Below are positions 26,216-34,606 of a DNA stretch of 64,000 bases, piece after piece. The stretch is from an uncultured delta proteobacterium (lineage in GTDB: Bacteria; Desulfobacterota; Syntrophia; Syntrophales; UBA8958), in assembly GCA_903885795.1 (NCBI GenBank), contig CAISJV010000007.1, forward strand, positions 75,455 to 139,454. Direction: 5' to 3'. How positions within the stretch are numbered: the first letter of the stretch is position 1; each line of letters opens with the position of its first letter. Under the pieces are notes generated by a model. The model worked only from the letters and a program-made list of their open reading frames with translations. It was not told where the DNA came from and made no database searches. The position numbers and the translations under genes were made by a program.

Positions 26216-26834
26216 TATCATTGCCATCAAGCGCCACGACCTGCCCCGGGAAGCAACCCTCCTCTACGCCCGGGTAACAGAAAATGACGGCGACGCCTAT
26301 CGCGTTCATCTCGACAACGGAGATCTTCTTTCCGCCCGAAGAGCCGGCGGCTGCCTCTTGGTTCCGGAGACCGGCGACGAGGTGCTTGTCGCCGACAACG
26401 GCGAGCAGGCCTTTATTCTCAGCGTCCTGACCAGGGAGGGGGATAGGGGAAGGATAACCTTTCCCTGCACAAGCACCATTGAAGGAGAGGAAATCAACTT
26501 CAAAGCCGGCCGGGCCATGACCATGGAGGCCCCCCGGATCTCCTTTACGGGCATCCTCGGGGAAGTGAGATTTAAGGGGCTTTCTCTCCTCTCCCAATGG
26601 TGCGACGCCCGGATCAAAAAAATCACTACCACGTCGGAGAGCTGGGACCGCGTGGTCGGACGTCTTACCGAGCGGATCAGGGACAGCTACCGCCGGATCG
26701 AAAACACCGAACAGACAACGGCTGGCCGGATCAGGACCATCGTGAAGGGGCGCTTCTCCGTAACAGCGAAAAACGCCGCCCTCACAGCGGAAGAGGAAGT
26801 CAATCTGGACGGGAAGAAAATCCATATCGGATAG
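26208..26834 (+). CDS. DUF3540-like protein, copy 3
   Basis: 208-aa paralog of 15139-15795, ending ...EEEVNLDGKKIHIG. It overlaps the preceding gene by 8 nt. Confidence 0.7.
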   Translation: MNNIIAIKRHDLPREATLLYARVTENDGDAYRVHLDNGDLLSARRAGGCLLVPETGDEVLVADNGEQAFILSVLTREGDRGRITFPCTSTIEGEEINFKAGRAMTMEAPRISFTGILGEVRFKGLSLLSQWCDARIKKITTTSESWDRVVGRLTERIRDSYRRIENTEQTTAGRIRTIVKGRFSVTAKNAALTAEEEVNLDGKKIHIG

Positions 26835-26847
26835 AGGAGGAAGAACG

Positions 26848-27243
26848 GTGTTTGCCGCCACCATTGAAAAGGGACAGGTGTTCGCCATGCCCGATGTCTG
26901 CAAGACCCCTGCCCCGCCGGGACCGCCCGTGCCGATACCCTATCCCAACACCGGCATGAACCAAATGGGCAATCCGACGGCGAAAAAGGTCTTGATTAAC
27001 GGCGCTCCCGCCCTGACCAAGGCATCCAAGATCCAGCCTACCAACGGCGACCAGGCCGGGGTAGCACAAGGCCTCGTTTCCGGAAAAATCATGGGACCGG
27101 CAGAATTCATCATGGGCAGCACAAAGGTGAAAATCGAGGGCAACCCAGCAGTGTTCATGGGGAATCCAACCAAACAGAACGACGGCAACGCCGTCGGCTC
27201 GCATGCGCAGCCCTCCCAGAACAAGGTCATGATCATGAGCTAA
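26848..27243 (+). CDS. PAAR-like DUF4150 protein, copy 3 (131 aa, no extension domain)
   Basis: MFAATIEKGQVFAMPDVCKTPAPPGPPVPIPYPNTGM...NKVMIMS. Confidence 0.85.
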   Translation: MFAATIEKGQVFAMPDVCKTPAPPGPPVPIPYPNTGMNQMGNPTAKKVLINGAPALTKASKIQPTNGDQAGVAQGLVSGKIMGPAEFIMGSTKVKIEGNPAVFMGNPTKQNDGNAVGSHAQPSQNKVMIMS

Positions 27244-28217
27244 GATTTGGAGGGGCCGACGGTAATAGAGTAAACATTTTTCTTGTCATCGAAAACCTGA
27301 TCGGTAAAATATTTTTTCCCGGGAACCAGATCAAGGACGATGCGGGTTTTTATCGTGGTAGCCAAGTACTTTCCGATCCGAATGCGCTGCACATAAAGGC
27401 CTTTTGTGTCTATACGCATAGGAAGTCCATTGCCATATTTAGTGTGGAGGAAATCCATGACGATGCGGGGCTTATCTCCCCCCAGGTTGGAGATTGTGGG
27501 CACGGTCTTACGATTTAAGTCAATCATCACCTTGTCCTGACCCTCCGTCCCTTTTTTGCAATCGATGCTTTTTATAAGCGCCCCCTGTCCACTGCCGACA
27601 GGCGCTTTTATCTCGCTGCCACGGTCCTCAATGACCTTCTCTTTCCCGACTGCCTGGGGATGAGATTTGACTGCCGCCTTCGGGACTTCTACCTGCGGGA
27701 CTTCTACCTTGATCACGCCCTGTCTGGCGGCCCTTTCCCCGAGGGGATGGAAATAAATAATAATACCGGACAGAATTGCAAAGAAAAGAACCAAAACGGC
27801 TACACTCGCGAAGACAATGCGGTACTTGCGAAAAAAGCCGGGTTCTTTCGCTGAAGGGATAATCGCCACGGGCGACACATGCGACGGGACAACAATGGGA
27901 GGGGGGAGAGGATCTTCAATAACTTCAGGTAGAGACATTTCAACAACTTCCGGCAAGTGTCTGGCATGATGCAACTCGAAGCATTTCAAGGCTTCCTGTT
28001 CATCCATGAGGAGATAACGGCAATAACTCTTCAGAAAATCGGGAACGGCTTTTTTATCCGGGAAGGCATCCAGATCATCGGTTTCCAATGCCACAAGGAG
28101 AGGCAAGCCGATCTTCGTAGCCTTCGAGAGGGCTGTCAGCTTGATCTCACGGGCTTCCCGCTCTCTGCGCAGATAGCCCCCCAGTGTTTCTCTCTCTTTC
28201 TTATCCATAGCTGTCAT
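27240..28217 (-). CDS. RodZ-like HTH protein with a TM segment and C-terminal AMIN-like domain
   Basis: LGGYLRREREAREIKLTALSKATKIGLPLLVALE is the HTH. IVFASVAVLVLFFAILSGIIIYF is the TM segment. The C-terminus (PRIVMDFLHTKY..YVQRIRIGKY..TRIVLDLVPG) looks AMIN-like. The start was chosen at MTAMDKK (28217); the ORF-track start at 28286 is a GTG with no properly spaced RBS. Confidence 0.6.
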   Translation of the reverse strand: MTAMDKKERETLGGYLRREREAREIKLTALSKATKIGLPLLVALETDDLDAFPDKKAVPDFLKSYCRYLLMDEQEALKCFELHHARHLPEVVEMSLPEVIEDPLPPPIVVPSHVSPVAIIPSAKEPGFFRKYRIVFASVAVLVLFFAILSGIIIYFHPLGERAARQGVIKVEVPQVEVPKAAVKSHPQAVGKEKVIEDRGSEIKAPVGSGQGALIKSIDCKKGTEGQDKVMIDLNRKTVPTISNLGGDKPRIVMDFLHTKYGNGLPMRIDTKGLYVQRIRIGKYLATTIKTRIVLDLVPGKKYFTDQVFDDKKNVYSITVGPSKS

Positions 28218-28331
28218 CCCTGATATTTCTTCATAACACACCCCCCGATCCTTGACAATACGTATGTCCCTTTTTTCCCTTGACACCTCTTCATCCGTTC
28301 ATTATCCTCCTCCCTAAGGAATGATAAAATC

Positions 28332-29219
28332 ATGGTAAAGCGTTTGCCTCTATTATTCATATTTGTGATCTGTTTCCTGGCGGGCTGTGGCCCGGGAAAG
28401 ATTGTCGTCAAGACCGACGACAAACAGTTGTCCAGGGATTACAAGATCCACGACGAAATCGTTCCCGTCAGCCCCGCCGTCTTTCCCGAGAATCAGCCCT
28501 GGCAGACGGTGAACGCCAATCTGAAAAGAAAAGTCTTTTTCAACGACCGCCAGACCATGGTTCTCTATGAGGCGGCAAAGACAGACACAGGGAAGGATGT
28601 GAAAACCCAATATCATTATCACGAGCTTTCCGGATATGTTCTCAGCGGCAATCTGCTGATCAGAATCGACAAGAAAGTCCAGAACATCGGGCCGGGAGGG
28701 GTCTATATCGTCCCTTCCAACGTTCATTACGCTGTTCTTCCCCTCACCGGGAAGGTCTCTTACCTGGAGATATTCACACCCACCCGGGATGACCTTCGCA
28801 GCCCCCCCATTCTCCCGCGTTTCGACGAAAACGACGTGAAAAGCGTTATTTTCAAGTGGTACGCCTATCTGGACAAGCTGGCCGATGTGAGCAATTACCT
28901 GCCTTTGCTTACAAATAAAGGACTGGTCATGCATAATCCCGGAATTGTCATTCGTAATCAGGAAGATTTCAAGACCTGGTATGCGGGAATGCTCAAGAAG
29001 ACGAAAACCAATATCAACATTGTTAAAGACGTTGTCGTCACGATCGATGGAAATGGCAATTTTATTGCGGAATTCACCGTGTCATGGGAGGCCATCACCT
29101 CTCTCGATGAAAAAAGGACTTTTAACTCCCGACAGAAATGGACCCTCGTTGATCAGGGCGTGGCGACCCCCGTCATTCTGGGCACGGATTACAAAGAAAT
29201 CAGCAAAATTGTGCCATGA
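28332..29219 (+). CDS. lipoprotein with a cupin-like domain and a C-terminal NTF2/SnoaL-like region
   Basis: A lipobox is present (LLFIFVICFLAGC). A cupin-like stretch reads YHYHELSGYVLSGNLLIRIDKKVQNIGPGGVYIVPSNVHY. The C-terminal assignment is weak. Confidence 0.5.
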   Translation: MVKRLPLLFIFVICFLAGCGPGKIVVKTDDKQLSRDYKIHDEIVPVSPAVFPENQPWQTVNANLKRKVFFNDRQTMVLYEAAKTDTGKDVKTQYHYHELSGYVLSGNLLIRIDKKVQNIGPGGVYIVPSNVHYAVLPLTGKVSYLEIFTPTRDDLRSPPILPRFDENDVKSVIFKWYAYLDKLADVSNYLPLLTNKGLVMHNPGIVIRNQEDFKTWYAGMLKKTKTNINIVKDVVVTIDGNGNFIAEFTVSWEAITSLDEKRTFNSRQKWTLVDQGVATPVILGTDYKEISKIVP

Positions 29220-29300
29220 TAGCGGCGCCGATCTCCCGGAAACAGGCTTTTGTCGAAAAAGTGAGAGATATAAACCATTAAAATAAAAGGAGAACGAACA

Positions 29301-29690
29301 ATGCCAGAAAAAGCAAGACGGGTTGTGATTTTATCTTTGGTTGGGATCTTCACGATCTTCGCCATGACCTATCTCTGTCCGACCGCAGTCAACGCTCATG
29401 CCCCGAAAACGGTCCTGCTGGCCTATGACGGAGCGACCAAGACGCTTAGTGTTGCGATTACCCACACGCGCTTCTCGGAGGGCCACTACATCGAAAAGGT
29501 TGTGATCAAGAAGAACGGAACGGTCGTGGCCACACAGGAATACAAAAGCCAGCCTTCAGAAACCTTTACATATACCTACAAGGTTGATGCGGTTGACGGC
29601 GATACCCTGGAAGTCAAGGCTTCGTGCAGCAGGTTCGGTTCCACATCCGAGACAATTACCGTTGGGAAGGGTTCAAGCAAAACACCCTAA
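29301..29690 (+). CDS. exported desulfoferrodoxin/SOR-fold-like protein (129 aa)
   Basis: An N-terminal hydrophobic signal is followed by HAPKTV.., ITHTRFSEGHYIEKVVI and ASCSRFGS. These align by eye with the SOR motifs KHVP, HP...HHI.YIE and C-N-x-H, except that the final His is replaced by Phe. Confidence 0.45.
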   Translation: MPEKARRVVILSLVGIFTIFAMTYLCPTAVNAHAPKTVLLAYDGATKTLSVAITHTRFSEGHYIEKVVIKKNGTVVATQEYKSQPSETFTYTYKVDAVDGDTLEVKASCSRFGSTSETITVGKGSSKTP

Positions 29691-29727
29691 TAATCGGGTA
29701 TATCGCTGACAAAAAGAGGGAAAGGAA

Positions 29728-30126
29728 ATGTCTCCCTTCTATATTCATGTCTTTTCCATGACCACAGGATTGCTGGCAATGACCGCAGGGGTTGGCGTCG
29801 CCAGATTCCTTCGGCAGAAACGCTGGTGGCTGAATATTCATCGCACCGCCGGAATCACCGGAGCGGTATGCCTTAGCACCGGATTTGCGGCAGCCGTCGT
29901 CATGGTTTCCCAGTCCGGAGGCGGACAATTCGATATCCCCCACGCTTGGTTGGGCCTGACAACCGTTCTATGCGCAGTTACTGCACCCACCCTGGGGCAC
30001 CTGCAATTTAAAATCCGCTCAAAAATCCAGCAGCTCCGCCTCTGGCACCGACGAACCGGATATGCAGCCCTGCTCCTGACCCTTTTATCGGCGTTGTCGG
30101 GACTGGTTGTCGCCGGGATCGTTTAA
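29728..30126 (+). CDS. 4-TM membrane protein with conserved histidines (cytochrome b-like, family unassigned)
   Basis: Four hydrophobic segments have His residues near the helix ends (NIHRTAG, IPHAWLG, LGHLQF, LWHRRTG). Confidence 0.5.
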   Translation: MSPFYIHVFSMTTGLLAMTAGVGVARFLRQKRWWLNIHRTAGITGAVCLSTGFAAAVVMVSQSGGGQFDIPHAWLGLTTVLCAVTAPTLGHLQFKIRSKIQQLRLWHRRTGYAALLLTLLSALSGLVVAGIV

Positions 30127-30130
30127 ACAC

Positions 30131-31666
30131 ATGAAAAAGAATGATGTTATACGTCTATCCCTGCCTTCGGACCTTTCCTACTTGAGTTTAGCCCAGATGG
30201 TAATTCGGGAGGTGGCGCTTAAAATCGGGTTCACCGGCGATGATCTCTACCAAATCGACCTGGCCGCGGAAGAGGCGATCTCCAATGTCATAGTCCACGC
30301 CTTTCCCGGCCAGGAACGGGAAAACTTTGATCTCATCTGTGAGCGGGCGCCCCTGGGAATGAAGATCACCATCAGAGAAAAGGGCTTGCCCTTTGACCCC
30401 GGCCAGATTCCCGATTACCACCCCACTGAGAATATCGATCAGATGTCGGCCTCCGGGATGGGAGTTTTCCTCATGAAGGAATTCATGAATGAGGTCTATT
30501 TCCGGAACCTCGGCATGGAGGGGAAAGAAACGAACCTGATCAAATATCTGCCGGCGAAGAGTATCGAGTCATACCTGTCCGCAGATGAACTTGCGGAAGC
30601 GGAAGCCGGGAAAGTATTGGTTTCAGGAACGCCCTCCTCCTCGTTGCCGATTCCGGGAAATATACCTTATAATATCAGACGGATGGAGCCAGCCGAAGCA
30701 GTGGAAATTGCCCGGTGCGCCTATAAGTCCCACGGCTATACATTTTTCGATGATCACATCTACTATCCGGAGCGGATTATAAAGCTCAACGGGACGGACG
30801 AAATTATTTCTGCTGTCGCCGTGACGGAAAACAATATCTTCATGGGACACTCAGCCCTCGTTTTTCCTAACGAGGAAGCGCGAATCGCAGAATTCACCTT
30901 TGTCTTCGTGAACCAGGAATACCGCGGCCAGGGCTGCATGAAGCGGATCGCCGATTTTCTGTTCAAGTGCCCCAAGAAGAAGCCCCTTGATGGCCTCTAT
31001 GTCTATTCCGTAACCAACCACGAATTTACTCAGCGGGGAATGGTCCAGTTTGATATCCATGATTGCGGTCTCCTCCTTGCCTCCAGCCCCGAAACCTGGG
31101 TATTCAAAGGCATAGAGGCACAGGACCAAAGGATTAGTGTTGCCCTGAGCTTCAAATACCTTACCGCCCCCACGATGATGATCCTGTATCCACCGGCGCG
31201 GCATCAGAACATCATCGAACGTCTGTATCAAAACATCGGCGCCACGAACCACCGTTTTCACACCCCTGGTGGGGATCTTCGGCAAGGGCTCCCCGCGGAA
31301 GCGAAGATCAGAACCGATGTCCTCTTGACGGAAAATTGCGCGGAAATTCACGTAATCGGCTATGGTGACAACGTCGTTCATGAAGTCCGGAGAACCCTGC
31401 GTGAGCTATGTCTGAAAAATGTTGCCGCCATCCAGCTTTTTCTCAACCTGAAAGATCCCCACACCTTTTTCATGACGGCGGAATTTGAAAAAATGGGCTT
31501 CTTCTTCGCCGGCATCCTGCCCCTGGCCTTGGTCGGGGACGCATTGATTCTCCAGTACCTGAACAATGTCCGCGTTGATTACGACAAGATTGTTCTCTAC
31601 ACAGAGGAAGCCCGTCAGATCAGAGACTATGTCCGGGAAATGGATCCAAATCGTGATTTTCAATAA
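30131..31666 (+). CDS. RsbW/SpoIIAB-like serine kinase (HATPase) domain fused to a GNAT acetyltransferase region
   Basis: The N-terminus has LAAEEAISNVIVHAF and MSASGMGVFLM (N and G boxes). The central part has FVFVNQEYRGQGCMKRIADFL (GNAT motif A-like). The start is taken at MKKNDV. Confidence 0.6.
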   Translation: MKKNDVIRLSLPSDLSYLSLAQMVIREVALKIGFTGDDLYQIDLAAEEAISNVIVHAFPGQERENFDLICERAPLGMKITIREKGLPFDPGQIPDYHPTENIDQMSASGMGVFLMKEFMNEVYFRNLGMEGKETNLIKYLPAKSIESYLSADELAEAEAGKVLVSGTPSSSLPIPGNIPYNIRRMEPAEAVEIARCAYKSHGYTFFDDHIYYPERIIKLNGTDEIISAVAVTENNIFMGHSALVFPNEEARIAEFTFVFVNQEYRGQGCMKRIADFLFKCPKKKPLDGLYVYSVTNHEFTQRGMVQFDIHDCGLLLASSPETWVFKGIEAQDQRISVALSFKYLTAPTMMILYPPARHQNIIERLYQNIGATNHRFHTPGGDLRQGLPAEAKIRTDVLLTENCAEIHVIGYGDNVVHEVRRTLRELCLKNVAAIQLFLNLKDPHTFFMTAEFEKMGFFFAGILPLALVGDALILQYLNNVRVDYDKIVLYTEEARQIRDYVREMDPNRDFQ

Positions 31667-31691
31667 ACCCGATGAAACAAAAAGCATACTG

Positions 31692-32282
31692 ATGGGAAAA
31701 AACAGACTGGAGTCTCTGACCGACGGCATATTTGCGTTTGCCATGACACTGTTGGTCACCAGCCTGATCCTGCCCCGCTCCGCAATAGTTACCGAAACAT
31801 CCGGTGCCGCACTGGCAAGCCTTCTGCCGGATTTTTACCATTACATAATTGCTTTTTTTGTTCTTGCCGCATTCTGGGTGGGGCACCATGAACAGTTAAG
31901 TAAGATCCATCACATCGACAGCAACCTTTTATTCCTGAATATAATCGGTCTGTTTTTTGTGACCCTTGTTCCCTTCTCGACCAGCTTCATCGGCGATTAT
32001 TCTAATGATGTCATTGCCACGGTGGTCTTCGAGCTGAACCTTCTGGTCCTCGGACTGATCTTCACCATCCAGTGGTATTACGCTACCCGAAACTACCGTC
32101 TCGTCTCAACTGAATATCCGGAATCGGATATCCGGAGACGGATGAACCACCAGTTTGTCATTCCGGCGATTTCCCTGGTTGGGATTGTTATTGCGACACT
32201 GGGATTCAACAAGAGCACCATTGTCTATATGGCGTCTCCCCTGATTGCCTATGCAATTGACCGCTATGCCAAAAAAACCTAG
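31692..32282 (+). CDS. TMEM175/DUF1211 family membrane protein (putative K+ channel)
   Basis: NRLESLTDGIFAFAMTLLV matches the RLE.FSDGVFAIAITLLV signature. About six TM segments are present. The start is taken at MGKNRLES (31692). Confidence 0.7.
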   Translation: MGKNRLESLTDGIFAFAMTLLVTSLILPRSAIVTETSGAALASLLPDFYHYIIAFFVLAAFWVGHHEQLSKIHHIDSNLLFLNIIGLFFVTLVPFSTSFIGDYSNDVIATVVFELNLLVLGLIFTIQWYYATRNYRLVSTEYPESDIRRRMNHQFVIPAISLVGIVIATLGFNKSTIVYMASPLIAYAIDRYAKKT

Positions 32283-33013
32283 CAAAACAGCATGGTTCTG
32301 GATGCAATGATTTTGTCAGTATCCTTGTAGAATCTGGAGAGACGCTCCGGAGAAACTCCCGCAAAGTAAAGGGATATCAACAGCCAGTTGCGCAGCGTAC
32401 ACACGAGGATGCCTTCCTTTTCCCAGCGCCGCGCCGATACCGTAACAGCTTGACTAATGATAGTAATCCTCTCTCCCCGCTTCTTGATGCGCCTCATGAT
32501 TTCCACATCCTCCATAAGGGGAATGCTTGCAAAGCCGCCGATCTCATTGAAATAAACCCTGCGGAAGAAGAACGTCTGATCTCCATAGGGAATACGGGTA
32601 AGGCGGGAGCGGAAAGAAGCGATTTTTGCGATCAAACGGTAAATAGGCCTGCCGGAGGCGATGGCCAGATCGAACGCGCCGGCTATGCAGTCTGGATCAT
32701 TCAGCGCTCCTTCCATAAGGTCAAACGCATCGGGGGGTAGGCGGGTATCGGCATGAAGGAAGATGACGATGTCGCCCTGAGCTATCGAGGCGCCTCTGTT
32801 CATCTGGTTTCCCCTGCCCTTCTCGCTGATAGCAGTTTTAACATTTCCGTTCCGAACGGCCCCGATCGTTTTCCCTGACCCGTCTCCGTCCACCACGATA
32901 ATCTCCATTGATGCAGACGCATCGAGAGTCTCAAGGTGCTCAATAGTCGAATTGATGACGGCTTCTTCATGGATGGCAGGAATGATAATGGAGAATCGGG
33001 GAGGCATCAGCAT
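32279..33013 (-). CDS. family 2 glycosyltransferase, TIGR04283-like (rSAM/selenodomain-associated transferase 2)
   Basis: FSIIIPAIHEE..IIVVDGDGSGKT..GDIVIFLHADTRLP..PYGDQTFFFRR..PLMEDVEIMRRIKKRG. Confidence 0.7.
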   Translation of the reverse strand: MLMPPRFSIIIPAIHEEAVINSTIEHLETLDASASMEIIVVDGDGSGKTIGAVRNGNVKTAISEKGRGNQMNRGASIAQGDIVIFLHADTRLPPDAFDLMEGALNDPDCIAGAFDLAIASGRPIYRLIAKIASFRSRLTRIPYGDQTFFFRRVYFNEIGGFASIPLMEDVEIMRRIKKRGERITIISQAVTVSARRWEKEGILVCTLRNWLLISLYFAGVSPERLSRFYKDTDKIIASRTMLFC

Positions 33014-33687
33014 CCCTTGGTGAAGCCGTGATCCCGCAGGTAGGAGATAGTTTTCGAGCCGGCAAATCCTGTTTTCCCGGCATCATTGATCAGAGCGGTG
33101 ATATCTTCAGGCCGATCAATATCTCTCCAGGCTGGAAGTACATGAACATGGAGTCCTGCGTTTTCAAGGATGTCCATAGTCGTTTTGCAGACGCCGTCCG
33201 TACCCCACGCTATCCCCTCGAAGGCATCGAGAGGGAATGATTCGCTAGAAAAACCGATCAGGTAATATCCCCCATCGTAGGCAGGACCGATGACGGCGTC
33301 TCTCTTCTCCAGCGCCTGGAAAGCTTCTGTGATGGTCTGTTGCGGGAGATCGGGAATGTCGCTACCGATAATGACAACAAATTGTAATCCTTCGGAAAAG
33401 CACCGGCAGAAGGCGTTATGCATCCTTTCACCAAGATTTGTCCCTGTCTGGGGCATATACGAAAATTTATTTCCGAATTCCTTGGGGAAGTCGTTTTCTC
33501 TTTCCCGGGGATGGTAAGCTATCCGAAACTGGTAATCGCCTCCTGACAAACGCTCCAGCAAGTCCTCAATGAAGGCGTGGTAGAGACTGACAATCATTTC
33601 CTCATCCCAACATTGACTAAGCCGGGATTTAACCTTCCCCTTTTCCGGGTATTTGACAAACATGACGAGACATCGTTCTTTGTTCAC
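33007..33687 (-). CDS. DUF2064 / TIGR04282-like transferase (rSAM/selenodomain-associated transferase 1)
   Basis: LVMFVKYPEKGKVKSRL..TNLGERMHNAF..VVIIGSDIPDLP..AVIGPAYDGGYYLIGF..IAWGTDGV..DIDRPEDI. Confidence 0.75.
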   Translation of the reverse strand: MNKERCLVMFVKYPEKGKVKSRLSQCWDEEMIVSLYHAFIEDLLERLSGGDYQFRIAYHPRERENDFPKEFGNKFSYMPQTGTNLGERMHNAFCRCFSEGLQFVVIIGSDIPDLPQQTITEAFQALEKRDAVIGPAYDGGYYLIGFSSESFPLDAFEGIAWGTDGVCKTTMDILENAGLHVHVLPAWRDIDRPEDITALINDAGKTGFAGSKTISYLRDHGFTKGC

Positions 33688-33768
33688 GGGCGGAGTATAG
33701 GAAGAAGGGCCTTGTGTGTCAAGGGGCGAGTTCTTTCATGGAACTCATATTCTTGAGACATATTATTG

Positions 33769-33797
33769 TTGACATGTTCCTTGGGATTGTTTATATG
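33769..33797 (+). promoter_or_regulatory. candidate sigma70 promoter for the MauE/rhodanese/Fe-S operon
   Basis: TTGACA (33769-33774), a 17-nt spacer, then TATATG (33792-33797). It is followed by a ~210-nt hairpin-rich leader. Confidence 0.4.
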
Positions 33798-34009
33798 CCC
33801 ACCGTTACATTATGCTTTCTCTGGATGGATTAAGAGTGAAATCGATGAGTTATTTATTGTTATTCTTCACACCGTTAATATGAGGCGCTGACAGAGAACC
33901 CGGGCGGTTCTCCGGACAACGCCGTCTTGCCGTCTCGCCGCTTCTGACCCCTTAGCCTCTTGAGGGTCATGCCGCGGAGAACGCGGTGTGACGCCAAAAG
34001 GAGGCGGAA

Positions 34010-34513
34010 TTGGTCACAAAAAATTCCCGAAACTCGTTTTACTTATACAGGATCAGAAACATTTTCCGACAGGGATTGGTTCATCCTTGGCCCTACCGGA
34101 TCGTTCGGCTTGCCCTGGCAGCCCTCTTCATCTATGGCGGCGTCACCAAGCTCATTGATCCCAAGGCCTTCGCCGCGACCATCTCTGCTTATGATCTCGT
34201 TCCGGAAGCATTCCTTCCCGTTGTTGCCATCGGTCTGCCCTTTATCGAGACGATTGCCGGCATCGCCCTGGTCTTTGATCGTCCCTGGGGACTTCATCTG
34301 ATCACATTACTCTTGGCCTTGTTCGTGTTTGTCCTCGGTTACGGCATCCTGGGCGACTTGAATGTCGATTGCGGTTGCTTCGGCGCCGAAGACCTGAACA
34401 AGCAGGCAGGCCTGCGGGAGGCGTTTTACCGCGATTTGGTTCTCATCGGGATCGTGACGCCGTATCTCTACCTCTCCCGGTGGTACCGGGCGCTGGCGAG
34501 TATCAGAGAGTAG
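34010..34513 (+). CDS. MauE/DoxX-family redox-associated membrane protein
   Basis: RIVRLALAALFIYGGVTKLIDPKAFAATISAYDLVPEAFLPVVAIGLPFIETIAGIALVF, followed by a CGC motif. Confidence 0.7.
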   Translation: MVTKNSRNSFYLYRIRNIFRQGLVHPWPYRIVRLALAALFIYGGVTKLIDPKAFAATISAYDLVPEAFLPVVAIGLPFIETIAGIALVFDRPWGLHLITLLLALFVFVLGYGILGDLNVDCGCFGAEDLNKQAGLREAFYRDLVLIGIVTPYLYLSRWYRALASIRE

Positions 34514-34606
34514 GGACTTTTGGCAGAGACATCATGAATGGTTTTTTGATTGTTTGGTTTCACAGGGAAACCGAAGTTTTATTAAATGAGGAAAGGAGAA
34601 GAAAAA

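Noticed and set aside
25956-26903. 315-aa minus-strand ORF spanning the PPR-3 / DUF3540-3 / PAAR-3 junctions.
   Set aside because: It overlaps three co-linear plus-strand genes that each have paralogs elsewhere in the window. It has no RBS and no recognisable domain.
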